The notes under the pieces: generated by a model
Databases searched by the model: none
The model's input: only the letters and a program-made list of their open reading frames with translations
Told to the model about the DNA's origin: nothing
Shown here: one piece after another, positions 45,519-55,038 of the stretch
Numbering within the stretch: position 1 is the first letter of the stretch
Layout: each line of letters opens with the position of its first letter
Virus record (IMG/VR): IMGVR_UViG_3300015607_005478
DNA: 64,000 bases
Reading direction: 5' to 3' (one strand)
Source: an uncultured virus (IMG/VR IMGVR_UViG_3300015607_005478)
Taxonomy: Duplodnaviria; Heunggongvirae; Uroviricota; Caudoviricetes
Made by a program: the position numbers and the translations under genes

Positions 45519-46037
45519 ATGAAAAACGACAAGAAGAGGTTTCGCGTTGTCGGCGTCCCGTACGGCAAGAACGTGGTGACGTACGCGAAGAAGCTCGAAG
45601 ACGCGATGAACACGATGCACGAGGAGGGGTACGCTCTACAAGTCACCGAGACACGCGGCGGCAGCATTGTTCTCGGAAACCTGATGACTCCGTTAGCCGC
45701 GGTGCTTCCTAGCATGCCTCCTCCACCGGAGGCTGTGCCTGCTCCGAAGTTCGAGTTCAGTACGCGAACGAGTTTGCTGCTTCAGCGCTTTCTGCGCTTG
45801 CCTGGACAGATCGGGGACCTCTCGTTATTTATCGCCGAGGTCAAAAAGTACGCTGTCGCCATGACTCGCGGCTTCACGGTCGAAGAGCTCTCGCTTGCCG
45901 CCAAAGAGCTCGAGGAAGCGGCGACAGCACACGACAACGATGAGACGCACAAGCATGACGAGGATTGCCGGTATCCTCAAACACTGCGCGTCATCGCAGG
46001 GGCGCTGCGCGAACAGACGCAGACGCAATTACAGTGA
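45519..46037 (+). CDS. Hypothetical protein
   Basis: GGAGGAG then ATG. Confidence 0.65.
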   Translation: MKNDKKRFRVVGVPYGKNVVTYAKKLEDAMNTMHEEGYALQVTETRGGSIVLGNLMTPLAAVLPSMPPPPEAVPAPKFEFSTRTSLLLQRFLRLPGQIGDLSLFIAEVKKYAVAMTRGFTVEELSLAAKELEEAATAHDNDETHKHDEDCRYPQTLRVIAGALREQTQTQLQ

Positions 46038-46501
46038 GCGACCCGAGAGCGAAAGCGCGAAAGCTTATCGCTCTCGCGCTCGCTAGTAAGAACGAGACCG
46101 AGTCTCGAAATGCCGCTGTCGCAGCGTGTGCCCTCATTCAGAGGCACAAGTTGCTCGGCAGCGATGAGAACGATGCGCCGCGCCAGGGCTTTGCACCAAG
46201 TCCACGTCGTGAGCGGCCTTCGCATAATCCCTTTGAGGATTTCCTTCGTGCGGTTGCCGATGACGGCTTCTTCAGCGAGGCGGTGCGCCAGTCACGCGTC
46301 AAGCCTCCGCCTCAACCACGCGTGGAACCCGCGCCTTCAAGGAAACCGAAGCGTGACAGCGCGGCGAAGCTGATCCCTGTCACTGACCTCGCCACGTTCT
46401 GCCATGAATGCCGGCAGCCGATTCGTCGCGGACAGTACGCGACGTGGCTTTACGGCAAGCTGTATCACCCGGCCTGCTACGACGCTTCAACGGAGCCCTG
46501 A
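46034..46501 (+). CDS. DUF2786-like N-terminus plus C-terminal zinc finger
   Basis: KARKLIALA...NETESRNAAVAACALIQRHKL; CHEC...HPAC. Confidence 0.6.
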   Translation: MSDPRAKARKLIALALASKNETESRNAAVAACALIQRHKLLGSDENDAPRQGFAPSPRRERPSHNPFEDFLRAVADDGFFSEAVRQSRVKPPPQPRVEPAPSRKPKRDSAAKLIPVTDLATFCHECRQPIRRGQYATWLYGKLYHPACYDASTEP

Positions 46502-46932
46502 TGTCGAAAAAGACATATCTAGAAGAGTCGGCCATCCAAGAGTTCGAACGGATGGACCCGGCGAAGATCGCCGTGTCCTTCGTCGAACAGCCGATGCGTG
46601 GGTTCGAACGCTTCATGTCCCTTCTTCGCAGCTACCGCATCTCTGCAAACGTTGCTGCTACGGCTTGGAAGCTCCTCGAGGAGATACAAGCAGGGCAAGT
46701 TCGCGCGGAGACGATCGAAGAGTTGCGCCAGCGGCTCCATCTTTTCGCTCCCGAGGTCCGTGCGTTTCAGCCGCCGCAGCCGTGGCAGGAGTATGCGTGC
46801 CGCGTCCTCGAAGAGGCCTACGATTACCTCTCGCAGTGGGATGACCCAAATGTCTCCTCAAAGCTCTTTTTCGACCAGCTCTTCCTCCGAATCACTGCTC
46901 TTCGAGGACAACTTGCCGCGCAAAAGTCTTGA
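46501..46932 (+). CDS. Hypothetical protein
   Basis: GGAG, TGATG coupling. Confidence 0.6.
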   Translation: MSKKTYLEESAIQEFERMDPAKIAVSFVEQPMRGFERFMSLLRSYRISANVAATAWKLLEEIQAGQVRAETIEELRQRLHLFAPEVRAFQPPQPWQEYACRVLEEAYDYLSQWDDPNVSSKLFFDQLFLRITALRGQLAAQKS

Positions 46933-47206
46933 CCCAGGGTTCTGGGTGACGCGGGACCGTCGCCGCGTTGCCATTACCGAGATGACGGATCAGCATCTTG
47001 CGAACACGATCAACTTCCTGCGGGTTCGTGGCGTACACACCCCCGCCGAGGTCAAAAGCGATCCTATCGCAAAAGCGGAAGTTGAGACGGCCTGCGTCGC
47101 TCCCGAGACACAGGCGAAGCTCGCTGAGCTCGTGAACGAGCAACGAAAGCGCGAAGAGAGTAAAGAACAAGCGAGGCAGGCCGCATGCGTCGTTGTTTGC
47201 CCCTGA
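46913..47206 (+). CDS. Hypothetical protein
   Basis: WVTRD...ITEMTDQHLANTINFL; start uncertain. Confidence 0.55.
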   Translation: MPRKSLDPGFWVTRDRRRVAITEMTDQHLANTINFLRVRGVHTPAEVKSDPIAKAEVETACVAPETQAKLAELVNEQRKREESKEQARQAACVVVCP

Positions 47207-47709
47207 CTGCATTGCGCTGCGTCTCGCTGATCGCAGACGTCATCGCGCAAGTAGAGCGTGCTCAATTTCTCGCGCAAACCGAGCGCAGAATTATTGAAGG
47301 CGCGTCTTCTGAATGGAACGGTACCCTCGGTCGGTACGACAACGTCAAGTTCGTGCAGTCTCTGTTGCCCGATGTAGACTACAGCCAGTTCGAGTTGAGG
47401 CTTCTTGCGAAAGACCTACCGCTGCACGAGCATTACGCTTCTCCGATAGAACGAACTCGGCAAGAAGCGGTGCTTCGAATCACGCCAACTATCGGCGGCA
47501 AAATGCAACCGCAAGTACTCGAGAAGTACGCAGAGCTCGACGCGTACTCCGCATTCAAGGTCTGGCAGCATCAGCTCCTTCAGGAGAAGCATGCTTTCTG
47601 CGCCCTATTGCGGCAGAAAGAGGAACCCATGTATCGGCTGCCCAATCTGCGGCCTGTTCCTAACGTCGACCGCTTCGTCCATAACTACGAGGCCCTTCGT
47701 CCGCGATGA
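47185..47709 (+). CDS. Hypothetical protein
   Basis: 174-aa ORF in the run. Confidence 0.55.
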   Translation: MRRCLPLTALRCVSLIADVIAQVERAQFLAQTERRIIEGASSEWNGTLGRYDNVKFVQSLLPDVDYSQFELRLLAKDLPLHEHYASPIERTRQEAVLRITPTIGGKMQPQVLEKYAELDAYSAFKVWQHQLLQEKHAFCALLRQKEEPMYRLPNLRPVPNVDRFVHNYEALRPR

Positions 47710-48305
47710 CCGCGAAGCATCGAGGCCCACATCGCTTGTGGCTTCCGGAGGACGATCTCTGGCTTCGGAAAGCATGGGGCCGCTACGACCTTGCGGGGAT
47801 AGCGAAGGCTCTCAAGCGCTCGATGTCGTCCATCACGGAACGCGCGAGGAAGCTGAAACTCCGGCGTCGCACGATGACACTTCGTGCGTTCGCGCGATAT
47901 GCCGGAGTCAGCACCGAGAAAGTGAAGTGGGCCATCAAGCAGAGCGGCCTTGAGATACGTCGCGTCTCGAGGGCCGACCCGCGGCAGATTCTCCATGAGG
48001 GGAAGCACCTCGCCATTACACCCAAGCAGCAAGTCGTGCTGCTTGCGATCATCCGCGCGCACCCAGGCGGGCGTCTTCTTAGCTCCGCACCGGGCTCTGG
48101 AAAGACTCCATGCGGCACCTGGGGTGTTGGTCGCAAGCCGAACGAGTGTCACGAATGCGACCGCTCGGATCGCCCGCATTACGCGAAGGGTTACTGCAAG
48201 GGCTGCTACATCAAGGTCTACAAGTGGGTAAAGCATCGCGCGAACAACCCAGCGCGTCCACCCAGGCCAGGAAGTGAGCCGAGCTCGCTGATGCTTCGAA
48301 GGTGA
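47706..48305 (+). CDS. HTH and zinc-finger DNA-binding protein
   Basis: WLPEDD...IAKALKRSMSSITERARKL; CHEC...HYAKGYCKGC. Confidence 0.7.
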   Translation: MTAKHRGPHRLWLPEDDLWLRKAWGRYDLAGIAKALKRSMSSITERARKLKLRRRTMTLRAFARYAGVSTEKVKWAIKQSGLEIRRVSRADPRQILHEGKHLAITPKQQVVLLAIIRAHPGGRLLSSAPGSGKTPCGTWGVGRKPNECHECDRSDRPHYAKGYCKGCYIKVYKWVKHRANNPARPPRPGSEPSSLMLRR

Positions 48306-48309
48306 CGCC

Positions 48310-48582
48310 ATGCCTCAAGAAGTTGAAGTCGTAGAGTTGACGCGCGCCGAGTTCGACGCGCTCTTAGAATACTCATGCACCGTGCCGACCGGCACCACGA
48401 TCGGCAAGCGTTGGAAGAAGAACGCCGATGCCTATCAGGGCCAGCACACCATCCTCTCCAAGGCAGTCGAGGACATCACCGGCTTGCCGCAGAATTGGTG
48501 GATGGGTGAGTTCGTAGAAGATCCCGACCCCAAGATGATCGGCATCAAGTGGCGAAAGATTCAGCTGAAGGAGGGCACATGA
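48310..48582 (+). CDS. Hypothetical protein
   Basis: LLEYSCTVPTGTTIGKRWK. Confidence 0.6.
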   Translation: MPQEVEVVELTRAEFDALLEYSCTVPTGTTIGKRWKKNADAYQGQHTILSKAVEDITGLPQNWWMGEFVEDPDPKMIGIKWRKIQLKEGT

Positions 48583-48971
48583 AGGGCTACAGCGAGAAGG
48601 AGCACTTCGGTGCTCACGCACTCGAGTACTTCTATTCAGCCGTGGACCTCGTCGCCCTTCTTCCAGAGAAGGACGAGCAGGGCCGGCTTCTACGCTGTCA
48701 TGAGGTCGCGCGCATCGTCGGGTCTATCCTTGGCCTCGAGGTCGTCGACGGAAGATACGAGTACGGCTGCGAGCATTCGTGGTGCATCGTTCCGGACAAG
48801 GTCGGGCGCGGTTTCTCTATCCTCGACCCGTACGCGGTAGCACGCATTCCGCCCGTGCAGCTCGTCGTTGTTCTTCCGACGATCCCAAATCGCTACTTCC
48901 CAGAAGCAGCACGCGACGACATCCGACAGGACGTCATCGATCACCTCTTGAAGTACTTCCGAGGCAAGTAA
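48579..48971 (+). CDS. Putative transglutaminase-like (Cys-His-Asp) protein
   Basis: RCHE...HSWC...ILDP order fits a C-H-D triad. Confidence 0.45.
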   Translation: MKGYSEKEHFGAHALEYFYSAVDLVALLPEKDEQGRLLRCHEVARIVGSILGLEVVDGRYEYGCEHSWCIVPDKVGRGFSILDPYAVARIPPVQLVVVLPTIPNRYFPEAARDDIRQDVIDHLLKYFRGK

Positions 48972-50275
48972 TGGGACAACCGAAAGAAGATTCACCGTAC
49001 AAGTATCGTTCGGTCGAGAAGAAGGTGAAGACGCGCGAAGACACCATTCGCGAGGTCGAGCGTTCGATGGGAGCGCGGTTGACAGAATCGACTCTCTCGA
49101 AAGAACAGCGCGAGGCCTTCGACACCATCAGCCATTGGTACGAACGTGACTCTACCGCGCAGCAAGTGCTCACGCTGGGTGGCTACGCGGGCACGGGCAA
49201 GAGCACTCTCGTGTCCGTTCTCGCCGGCAAGTACGCCGACGAGAGCGTTATCTTCACGTCCTTCACTGGCAAGGCTACGAGCGTACTTCGTTCAAAGCTT
49301 TTCGAGGCGAACGTGCCTGGGTGCCATGATGTGAAGACACTGCACTCGTTGATGTACATCCCCATCGTGGATAAGGAGACGGGGCGTGTTCGGGGATGGC
49401 GGCGTCGTGAGCATCTCGACCATGACCTCATCATCGTCGATGAAGCGTCGATGCTCGACGAGCAGATGTTCAACGACCTCAAGGCGTACAACATCCCCAT
49501 CCTTGCTGTCGGTGATCACGGCCAGCTTCCGCCCGTCTTCGGTACCTTCAACCTGATGGAGAAGCCGCAACTACGCCTCGAGAAGATTCACCGCCAAGCG
49601 GAAGACAGTCCTATCCTGGCGCTCGCCGACTTTGTGCGTCGCGTGGGGCAGATTCCGCGGTTCGACAACACGATGGAGCTCCAACTCATCCCGCAAAGGC
49701 ACACGGAAGCGGTCTTCGACTCGCTCTTCCAGACGCCGGGCCTTCGGCAAAGCGATGTGGGCCTTCTTTGCTACTCGAATCGCCAACGCGTCGAGTTCAA
49801 CGAACAAGCTCGGCGCGCTCGGTGGAAAGGGCGGTTTTCTGAGTCGCCTATTGTTGGCGACCAGCTGATCTGCTTGCGCAACGAAGACGGGACCATCTTC
49901 AACGGCATGCGCGGAGAGCTGACGCGCTGCGTGGACAGTACGGTGCTGCACTACGACGGCGCCGTCCTCTTCGAAGATGACGAGGTTGAGGTGGAAGGCC
50001 CGATCTGCAAGGCGCAGTTCGGGCTCACGCGCACGATCAAGGACTTCGACGACTATCACCACCTCACGGACTTCCGCGTGAAGAGCTGGGGCGCCGTGGG
50101 CCTACTCTTCGACTACGGGTACGCGCTCACTGCGCACAAGGCACAGGGCAGTCAGTTTGAGCATGTAATAGTGTCGGCGAGTGACGTACCAAATCGTCTC
50201 TCACTCGACGAGAAGCGCCGCTGGCTGTACACGGCGTTTACGCGGGCTAGCCGTTACCTCTGCATCCTCCAATAA
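48971..50275 (+). CDS. Dda/RecD-like SF1B DNA helicase
   Basis: GYAGTGKS, TLHSL, IIVDEASM, VGDHGQLPPV, IHRQA, YALTAHKAQGSQF, WLYTAFTRA. Confidence 0.92.
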   Translation: MGQPKEDSPYKYRSVEKKVKTREDTIREVERSMGARLTESTLSKEQREAFDTISHWYERDSTAQQVLTLGGYAGTGKSTLVSVLAGKYADESVIFTSFTGKATSVLRSKLFEANVPGCHDVKTLHSLMYIPIVDKETGRVRGWRRREHLDHDLIIVDEASMLDEQMFNDLKAYNIPILAVGDHGQLPPVFGTFNLMEKPQLRLEKIHRQAEDSPILALADFVRRVGQIPRFDNTMELQLIPQRHTEAVFDSLFQTPGLRQSDVGLLCYSNRQRVEFNEQARRARWKGRFSESPIVGDQLICLRNEDGTIFNGMRGELTRCVDSTVLHYDGAVLFEDDEVEVEGPICKAQFGLTRTIKDFDDYHHLTDFRVKSWGAVGLLFDYGYALTAHKAQGSQFEHVIVSASDVPNRLSLDEKRRWLYTAFTRASRYLCILQ

Positions 50276-50764
50276 CTTCGGACCCGCCAGCGGCGACCAG
50301 TGCTGATCGCGCGCGTACGTGCGAAGACGATGACAGCATGCGCAGACGACGTCACACTTCTCCAGCTCTTTTGCGATGACATCGATTTTGTAGGCCGTGC
50401 TCACCATCGTAGCAACGCTTTTGATCTTCGTGCCTCGGACGTGATCGAGATCCATCGCTACCGGCGGCCACTTCTTCCCGCAATCAGCGCAGGGCTTGTC
50501 CTTGAAGGCATCGACGAAGGCGCGCGCTTCCTTTCGTAGACGTGCACTTCGTGCGTTCTGCGAAGGGCGTGTCTTTTGGTAGTTGTCTTTGCGCCACTTC
50601 TGCAATCGTTCGAAGTTCGTCTTCTGATACTCGGCCATGTATTCGACTTTGCAGTCCAAGCAGACGCCTTGCCGGTGAACGATGCCCGTCCTTGAACTGC
50701 GGCGCATAATGAAGGCCTTTTCGTCTTTCTTCTTGCCGCACTTGCTGCACTTGTACTTCCTCAT
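50201..50764 (-). CDS. HNH endonuclease with zinc fingers
   Basis: CSKC...CLDC; PCADCG...MDLDHV...KCDVVCACCHRLRT; 3' end overlaps the helicase convergently. Confidence 0.8.
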   Translation of the reverse strand: MRKYKCSKCGKKKDEKAFIMRRSSRTGIVHRQGVCLDCKVEYMAEYQKTNFERLQKWRKDNYQKTRPSQNARSARLRKEARAFVDAFKDKPCADCGKKWPPVAMDLDHVRGTKIKSVATMVSTAYKIDVIAKELEKCDVVCACCHRLRTYARDQHWSPLAGPKLLEDAEVTASPRKRRVQPAALLVE

Positions 50765-50814
50765 GTGTATTGTATACAGCATGCATGAGGTAACATCAAT
50801 TACTAGGAGGCCCC

Positions 50815-51240
50815 ATGTTGTTGCTCGCAGATGAATTGAAGCCGCATCTTGACGCCATCAAAGAGAAGATTCGTGAACACGGCCCGCTCTCGACACACGC
50901 TCATCGTACGCTCGTCAGCGTGGAGAACGTCGAGCTCCAAGCGAAGCTGCACGACAAGCGCGAGAGGTATCTCGCGGAGACGATCAAGCCGGTGAAGGAC
51001 ACCATCCTTCTCTACCTCGAAGGGGACAAGGACCGCCCCATTCGCAAGAACATCGTGCGCATCACCGCGAAGCACATCATCGTCTCGTGGCACGAGTCAC
51101 GCCACCCCGAGCACTGTTTTAGCCTCGAGAGCGGCTACTCACTCGAACGCCCTACCGAGAACGGTCGTCGCGACCCGCACCGTCTCGATGCTGGTGAGCT
51201 TCACGCGCTTCAGCAAGGACTCAATTCGTTGCGGAGATAA
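50815..51240 (+). CDS. Hypothetical protein
   Basis: AGGAGG then ATG. Confidence 0.65.
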   Translation: MLLLADELKPHLDAIKEKIREHGPLSTHAHRTLVSVENVELQAKLHDKRERYLAETIKPVKDTILLYLEGDKDRPIRKNIVRITAKHIIVSWHESRHPEHCFSLESGYSLERPTENGRRDPHRLDAGELHALQQGLNSLRR

Positions 51241-51242
51241 GA
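51213..51242 (+). promoter_or_regulatory. Repeated phage promoter GCAA-N17-GAGATAAGA
   Basis: Motif family member. Confidence 0.6.
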
Positions 51243-51256
51243 AGCATGGAGGTCCG

Positions 51257-51586
51257 ATGCAGAAGCAGATCATTCATGCATTGCTCACGTACAAGAACGG
51301 TGAGTTTCAAGCCGTAAAGCTGTACTCTACACAAGAGAAGGCGTTGCGGGCTGCAGCCAAGCACGTCTACGTGTCTTTCGACGCAAACTTCGTCGATGCG
51401 GTTTCCACCGAGGAGACACGTGCTGATACAGAGGAGTTCGTCGATAACCTGGAGGAGCTCTACGAACGCGGCGCATATCGAGAGTTCGTTGAGTGCTGGG
51501 ATGAGTGGGTTGCGGAGGCTAAGTACGAAGGCCCCTCGCCCGCTAACTTTGACATCGAGGAGCTAGCGGTCGATGGCGAAGGATGA
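51257..51586 (+). CDS. Acidic hypothetical protein
   Basis: GGAGGT then ATG. Confidence 0.65.
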   Translation: MQKQIIHALLTYKNGEFQAVKLYSTQEKALRAAAKHVYVSFDANFVDAVSTEETRADTEEFVDNLEELYERGAYREFVECWDEWVAEAKYEGPSPANFDIEELAVDGEG

Positions 51587-51980
51587 TGACGACTCGCCGT
51601 TTCGCAAAGTGTTCCGCCGAATGATGGGGACCTTTGCAGAGCATCAATGGAAAAGCATCCTCGCCTCGTATTGCCTGCAGCCGCCCGCGGAGAAGAAGGC
51701 GCGGCTGCGCGCCGTCGTCGAGCTCTCTGTGGAACTGACCGAGATCAAGAAGACGCGCCGCTTCGGCACCGCTCTCGCTGACAGCGCCATCGAGGCCGTC
51801 ATCGAGGGCGATTGGAAGAAGGCGCGTATGTGCATCAGTTGGTTCTCCTTCACGGACGAGAGCGAGGAGCTCCGTCGAGAAGAAGCACCGCACTGGGAGA
51901 AGTTTCGCGCCATCCTCCTCGCCGTCTGTGACGGCGCCGAGCAGCGCATGGTCGGCGTTGAATCGCCGGGAAGGAACTGA
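51573..51980 (+). CDS. Hypothetical protein
   Basis: 135-aa ORF in the run. Confidence 0.6.
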   Translation: MAKDDDDSPFRKVFRRMMGTFAEHQWKSILASYCLQPPAEKKARLRAVVELSVELTEIKKTRRFGTALADSAIEAVIEGDWKKARMCISWFSFTDESEELRREEAPHWEKFRAILLAVCDGAEQRMVGVESPGRN

Positions 51981-51982
51981 GC

Positions 51983-52324
51983 ATGCGAATGCAGACACTC
52001 AGCACTATCGACGCATTGGTACTTCCTCTTCTGAAGGAGGGCGTTCCGATTATCTTGGCGTGGGACGGCGCGAAGAACATCTGGCTCGAGGCTGTTATCT
52101 CGGGGCCGGATTGCGATGACGATCCGCCCTTCGATCAGGATGAATGGCTTGAGTACCAGGTCTCCGAAGGGCTGCCCGGCGAGCGCACCTTCGCCGAAAG
52201 CTTCTACACGTTCGAGGACGCGCAGAAGGCATTCGATGAAATGTGCCTCGGCGCCAGCAAAACAGCCCCACCAGCCTCCGGGCTCTTTCAGCCACAACCC
52301 GCTCGTGTGCGCTCGGATGGCTGA
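51983..52324 (+). CDS. Acidic hypothetical protein
   Basis: AAGGA upstream. Confidence 0.55.
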   Translation: MRMQTLSTIDALVLPLLKEGVPIILAWDGAKNIWLEAVISGPDCDDDPPFDQDEWLEYQVSEGLPGERTFAESFYTFEDAQKAFDEMCLGASKTAPPASGLFQPQPARVRSDG

Positions 52325-52913
52325 CATGCTCGCCAAAAAGCTCGCACAGCTCTTTCTACAGATGACCCGCCCCGGGAGTGCGCGCGGTGCAGGCGGACAA
52401 ACCGTCACCAGCTTCAAGTGCCCCGTATGCGAGAACGACTTCGCACACGCGGACACGTCGGTGCCGTGGCTATGCCCTGGGTGCGAGCGTGAGGTACGCG
52501 CTCTCGCATCGCGTGATGCTTCCTCCGATGAGTGGATAGCGGTTTTCGCGACGGCATCACTCTCGCATCACTCCGTGCAGCTCCAGAAGTTTTCTGGCGC
52601 CACGAACCCCGGCGACATCCAAAGTCCGGAGATGAGTGAAGAGATGCGCGCGCGAATCACCCGGAGCACCGTCGGAAAAGTATGGCGCGCCCGCATTGGT
52701 CGTCAGCGCCGCTGGCACTACGGGTGGGATGCGTGCGAAGCGCTGCGCAACGCGCTCAACGGCGGAGGCGTTCGTCTCACGACGCCAATTCCTCAGCTCG
52801 AACGCGAGCTTGAAGAACTCGAACGGACAAACCCCGAGGTCAGTGCTGCAGCTCGACAGCTAGACCGAGTGACACACGGTATTATCGGGAAAAACAAGCG
52901 TGGGGGGATGTGA
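52317..52913 (+). CDS. Zinc-ribbon protein
   Basis: CPVC...CPGC. Confidence 0.55.
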   Translation: MADMLAKKLAQLFLQMTRPGSARGAGGQTVTSFKCPVCENDFAHADTSVPWLCPGCEREVRALASRDASSDEWIAVFATASLSHHSVQLQKFSGATNPGDIQSPEMSEEMRARITRSTVGKVWRARIGRQRRWHYGWDACEALRNALNGGGVRLTTPIPQLERELEELERTNPEVSAAARQLDRVTHGIIGKNKRGGM

Positions 52914-53041
52914 ATATGGGACGCAGTCTTGTAGCCTCAAGTCTTAGTCGTGGCTTCGACGAGATATCAAGAAGCGTCGCGCACCCACTCCACCGGAAAG
53001 GTCAAGCGCATGAATCAGCCGCACACGCTCGAGGTAACGCC

Positions 53042-53485
53042 GTGAACCCCATCGACGGCCTCGCACGATTGCAGGCTCCTTCTCCTGTTCGCGTTGTTCC
53101 CTCACCCGCTCTGCGTCCGTGCAGGTGGTGCAATGGGAAAGGTGAGCGCCATCCCGACAACAACGGCAGTCAGTTCAACTGCCAGGACTGCCGGCGTCCT
53201 TGCGGCTCGTACATGGTGAAGGACGCTGTTTGGCGGCAGGCGTGGCCCGACTACGCGAAGAAGAAGCAGGAGCTGATGCAGAAGTACCACGGCACGCCGG
53301 AATACTTCCGCACGCACCTCTCGCTTTGCCTCGGCTGTTTGCAGAAGAGGTTGGGCAGGAAGCTCGCGAAGGAGGACTTCGACCTCACGCTTCCGATCAA
53401 CAACCTTCTCCTCGTCGGTATGGAGCTCGGGGCGAAGATGCAGGCCGAGAACTTCCCGAGTGAAGTGCCCGAAGTGCAACGCTGA
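53042..53485 (+). CDS. Zinc-binding hypothetical protein
   Basis: CRWC, CQDC, YMVKDAVW, LCLGCLQKRLGRKL; start uncertain. Confidence 0.6.
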   Translation: MNPIDGLARLQAPSPVRVVPSPALRPCRWCNGKGERHPDNNGSQFNCQDCRRPCGSYMVKDAVWRQAWPDYAKKKQELMQKYHGTPEYFRTHLSLCLGCLQKRLGRKLAKEDFDLTLPINNLLLVGMELGAKMQAENFPSEVPEVQR

Positions 53486-53735
53486 CGTAACGAAGACACA
53501 CGAGCGCACGCCCGGCACGAACGACATCCACTACGAGAACGGCACGCCCCGGCCGCCCACGATCGACGAGATCTTGGGAGACCGGGGCGTTCGCATTTTC
53601 GGAACGGAGTTCGACGTGCTCTTCACGTGTGCGACGGATGGCGAGTTCGGTGTTCGAGCCGATGGCTCCGCCGAGTTCGCAGAACCCGACACCTGGATTG
53701 AAGGACCGACCGGCGAGAAGCTGTTTCGGATGTGA
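53460..53735 (+). CDS. Hypothetical protein
   Basis: MKCPKC start. Confidence 0.55.
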   Translation: MKCPKCNADVTKTHERTPGTNDIHYENGTPRPPTIDEILGDRGVRIFGTEFDVLFTCATDGEFGVRADGSAEFAEPDTWIEGPTGEKLFRM

Positions 53736-53738
53736 CTC

Positions 53739-54113
53739 ATGGAGCCAATTCGATTCATCTATGACGCGAAGCTGCGCCTAAAGATTACGCGAGCGGAGCT
53801 GGCGACCCTTCGAACAATCTGCGAACGTCACTACGACAGCACGGTTCGCAGACTCAGCATTCCGGGGAGAGGCGCCGTGCTCAACGGTGCAGCCACGATG
53901 ATGGCTGACCGAAATGAGGTGGATGCAGACTTCACGTATCGCGAGCTTGACACGCTCGCGAAGGGACTCGAGCAAGCCGACAGCGAAGAAGAGGTGCTGC
54001 TCGCCTTCCGCGTGCGCCGACTACTTCGCGTTCTCGCTAAAGAGGACGCGGAGATCAACAAAGAGAAGCAGCCCGAGTCTGAATGGTGGGCAGAGCAGCT
54101 GAGGGGAACATGA
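53739..54113 (+). CDS. Hypothetical protein
   Basis: 124-aa ORF in the run. Confidence 0.6.
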   Translation: MEPIRFIYDAKLRLKITRAELATLRTICERHYDSTVRRLSIPGRGAVLNGAATMMADRNEVDADFTYRELDTLAKGLEQADSEEEVLLAFRVRRLLRVLAKEDAEINKEKQPESEWWAEQLRGT

Positions 54114-54427
54114 AGAGGTGTACCGAAGGTGGAGACTGCAACGGCGGATACATGCGCGGAACTCCGTTTCGCTGCACGAAGTGTAAGCGCATGCCTAATG
54201 ACGAACCGCAACCGCCGATGCTCTGCGGGACTTGTTGTGTTATGCACGTGCCGTATGAAACCTGCCCCTCTGTCGATGAGGCTGGCGTCATCGCCATCAT
54301 TGCTCTGCAGAAGGCGGTGGGCATCACGGAGACGCATGAAGACGCGCTCGAAGGTTGGAAAGAGATGTCGCTAGAAGAGCGCGCTAACACCCTCGCGGCA
54401 TATCGCGTGGTTGTCGCGGCCGCGTGA
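54110..54427 (+). CDS. Cys-rich hypothetical protein
   Basis: ATGA overlap; followed by a terminator. Confidence 0.55.
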   Translation: MKRCTEGGDCNGGYMRGTPFRCTKCKRMPNDEPQPPMLCGTCCVMHVPYETCPSVDEAGVIAIIALQKAVGITETHEDALEGWKEMSLEERANTLAAYRVVVAAA

Positions 54428-54430
54428 CTT

Positions 54431-54456
54431 AGAAGGGCCGCTTGGCCCTTCTTCTT
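54431..54456 (+). terminator. Intrinsic terminator
   Basis: AGAAGGGCC/GGCCCTTCT then TCTT. Confidence 0.65.
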
Positions 54457-54477
54457 AGCCTCCGCTAGGCTGAGCGC

Positions 54478-55011
54478 ATGCTGGACCAGCTCATCGAAGA
54501 AACGCGCAAAGAGTTCCCTGACTTCAAGACCGTGCGTAAGCGCGACTCTCGCTTGATGAAGACGATCAACGTCTTCTTGATGATCATCTCCTTCGGACTG
54601 ATGCGCTCGTTCTTTCGCTTCTACACCACGCTCGGCACGACCATCTACGTGCCCGATAGCTGGGACACTTCGAGCGAGATCTCGCGCGCCGCTACGATTC
54701 GGCACGAGCGCGTGCATATGCGGCAAGCGCGAAAGTACACCAGGTTCGTCTTCTCGTTCCTCTACCTCTTCGTGTTCTTCCCTGCCGGCCTTGCCTACTT
54801 CCGCATGCGCTTCGAGAAGGAGGCGTACGAAGAGAGCATCCGCGCGATGTACGAATACGCCGGGCCGGAAGCCATTCAGGACGAAGTTTACCGCGACAAG
54901 ATCATCACGCACTTCACGAGCGCCGAGTACTACTGGATGTGGCCTTTCCGAAAGAGCCTCGAAGCCTGGTACGACGGCGTGGTAAAGAAGGTCTTGAACG
55001 GCGTTGCCTGA
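54478..55011 (+). CDS. Membrane-associated HExxH metallopeptidase-like protein
   Basis: TTLGTTIY...IRHERVHMRQ...FEKEAY; hydrophobic segments. Confidence 0.7.
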   Translation: MLDQLIEETRKEFPDFKTVRKRDSRLMKTINVFLMIISFGLMRSFFRFYTTLGTTIYVPDSWDTSSEISRAATIRHERVHMRQARKYTRFVFSFLYLFVFFPAGLAYFRMRFEKEAYEESIRAMYEYAGPEAIQDEVYRDKIITHFTSAEYYWMWPFRKSLEAWYDGVVKKVLNGVA

Positions 55012-55023
55012 TCCGGAACAAGA
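54995..55023 (+). promoter_or_regulatory. Repeated phage promoter variant TGAA-N16-GGAACAAGA
   Basis: Directly upstream of the pyrE SD. Confidence 0.5.
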
Positions 55024-55038
55024 AGGGTGGAGGGCCGT

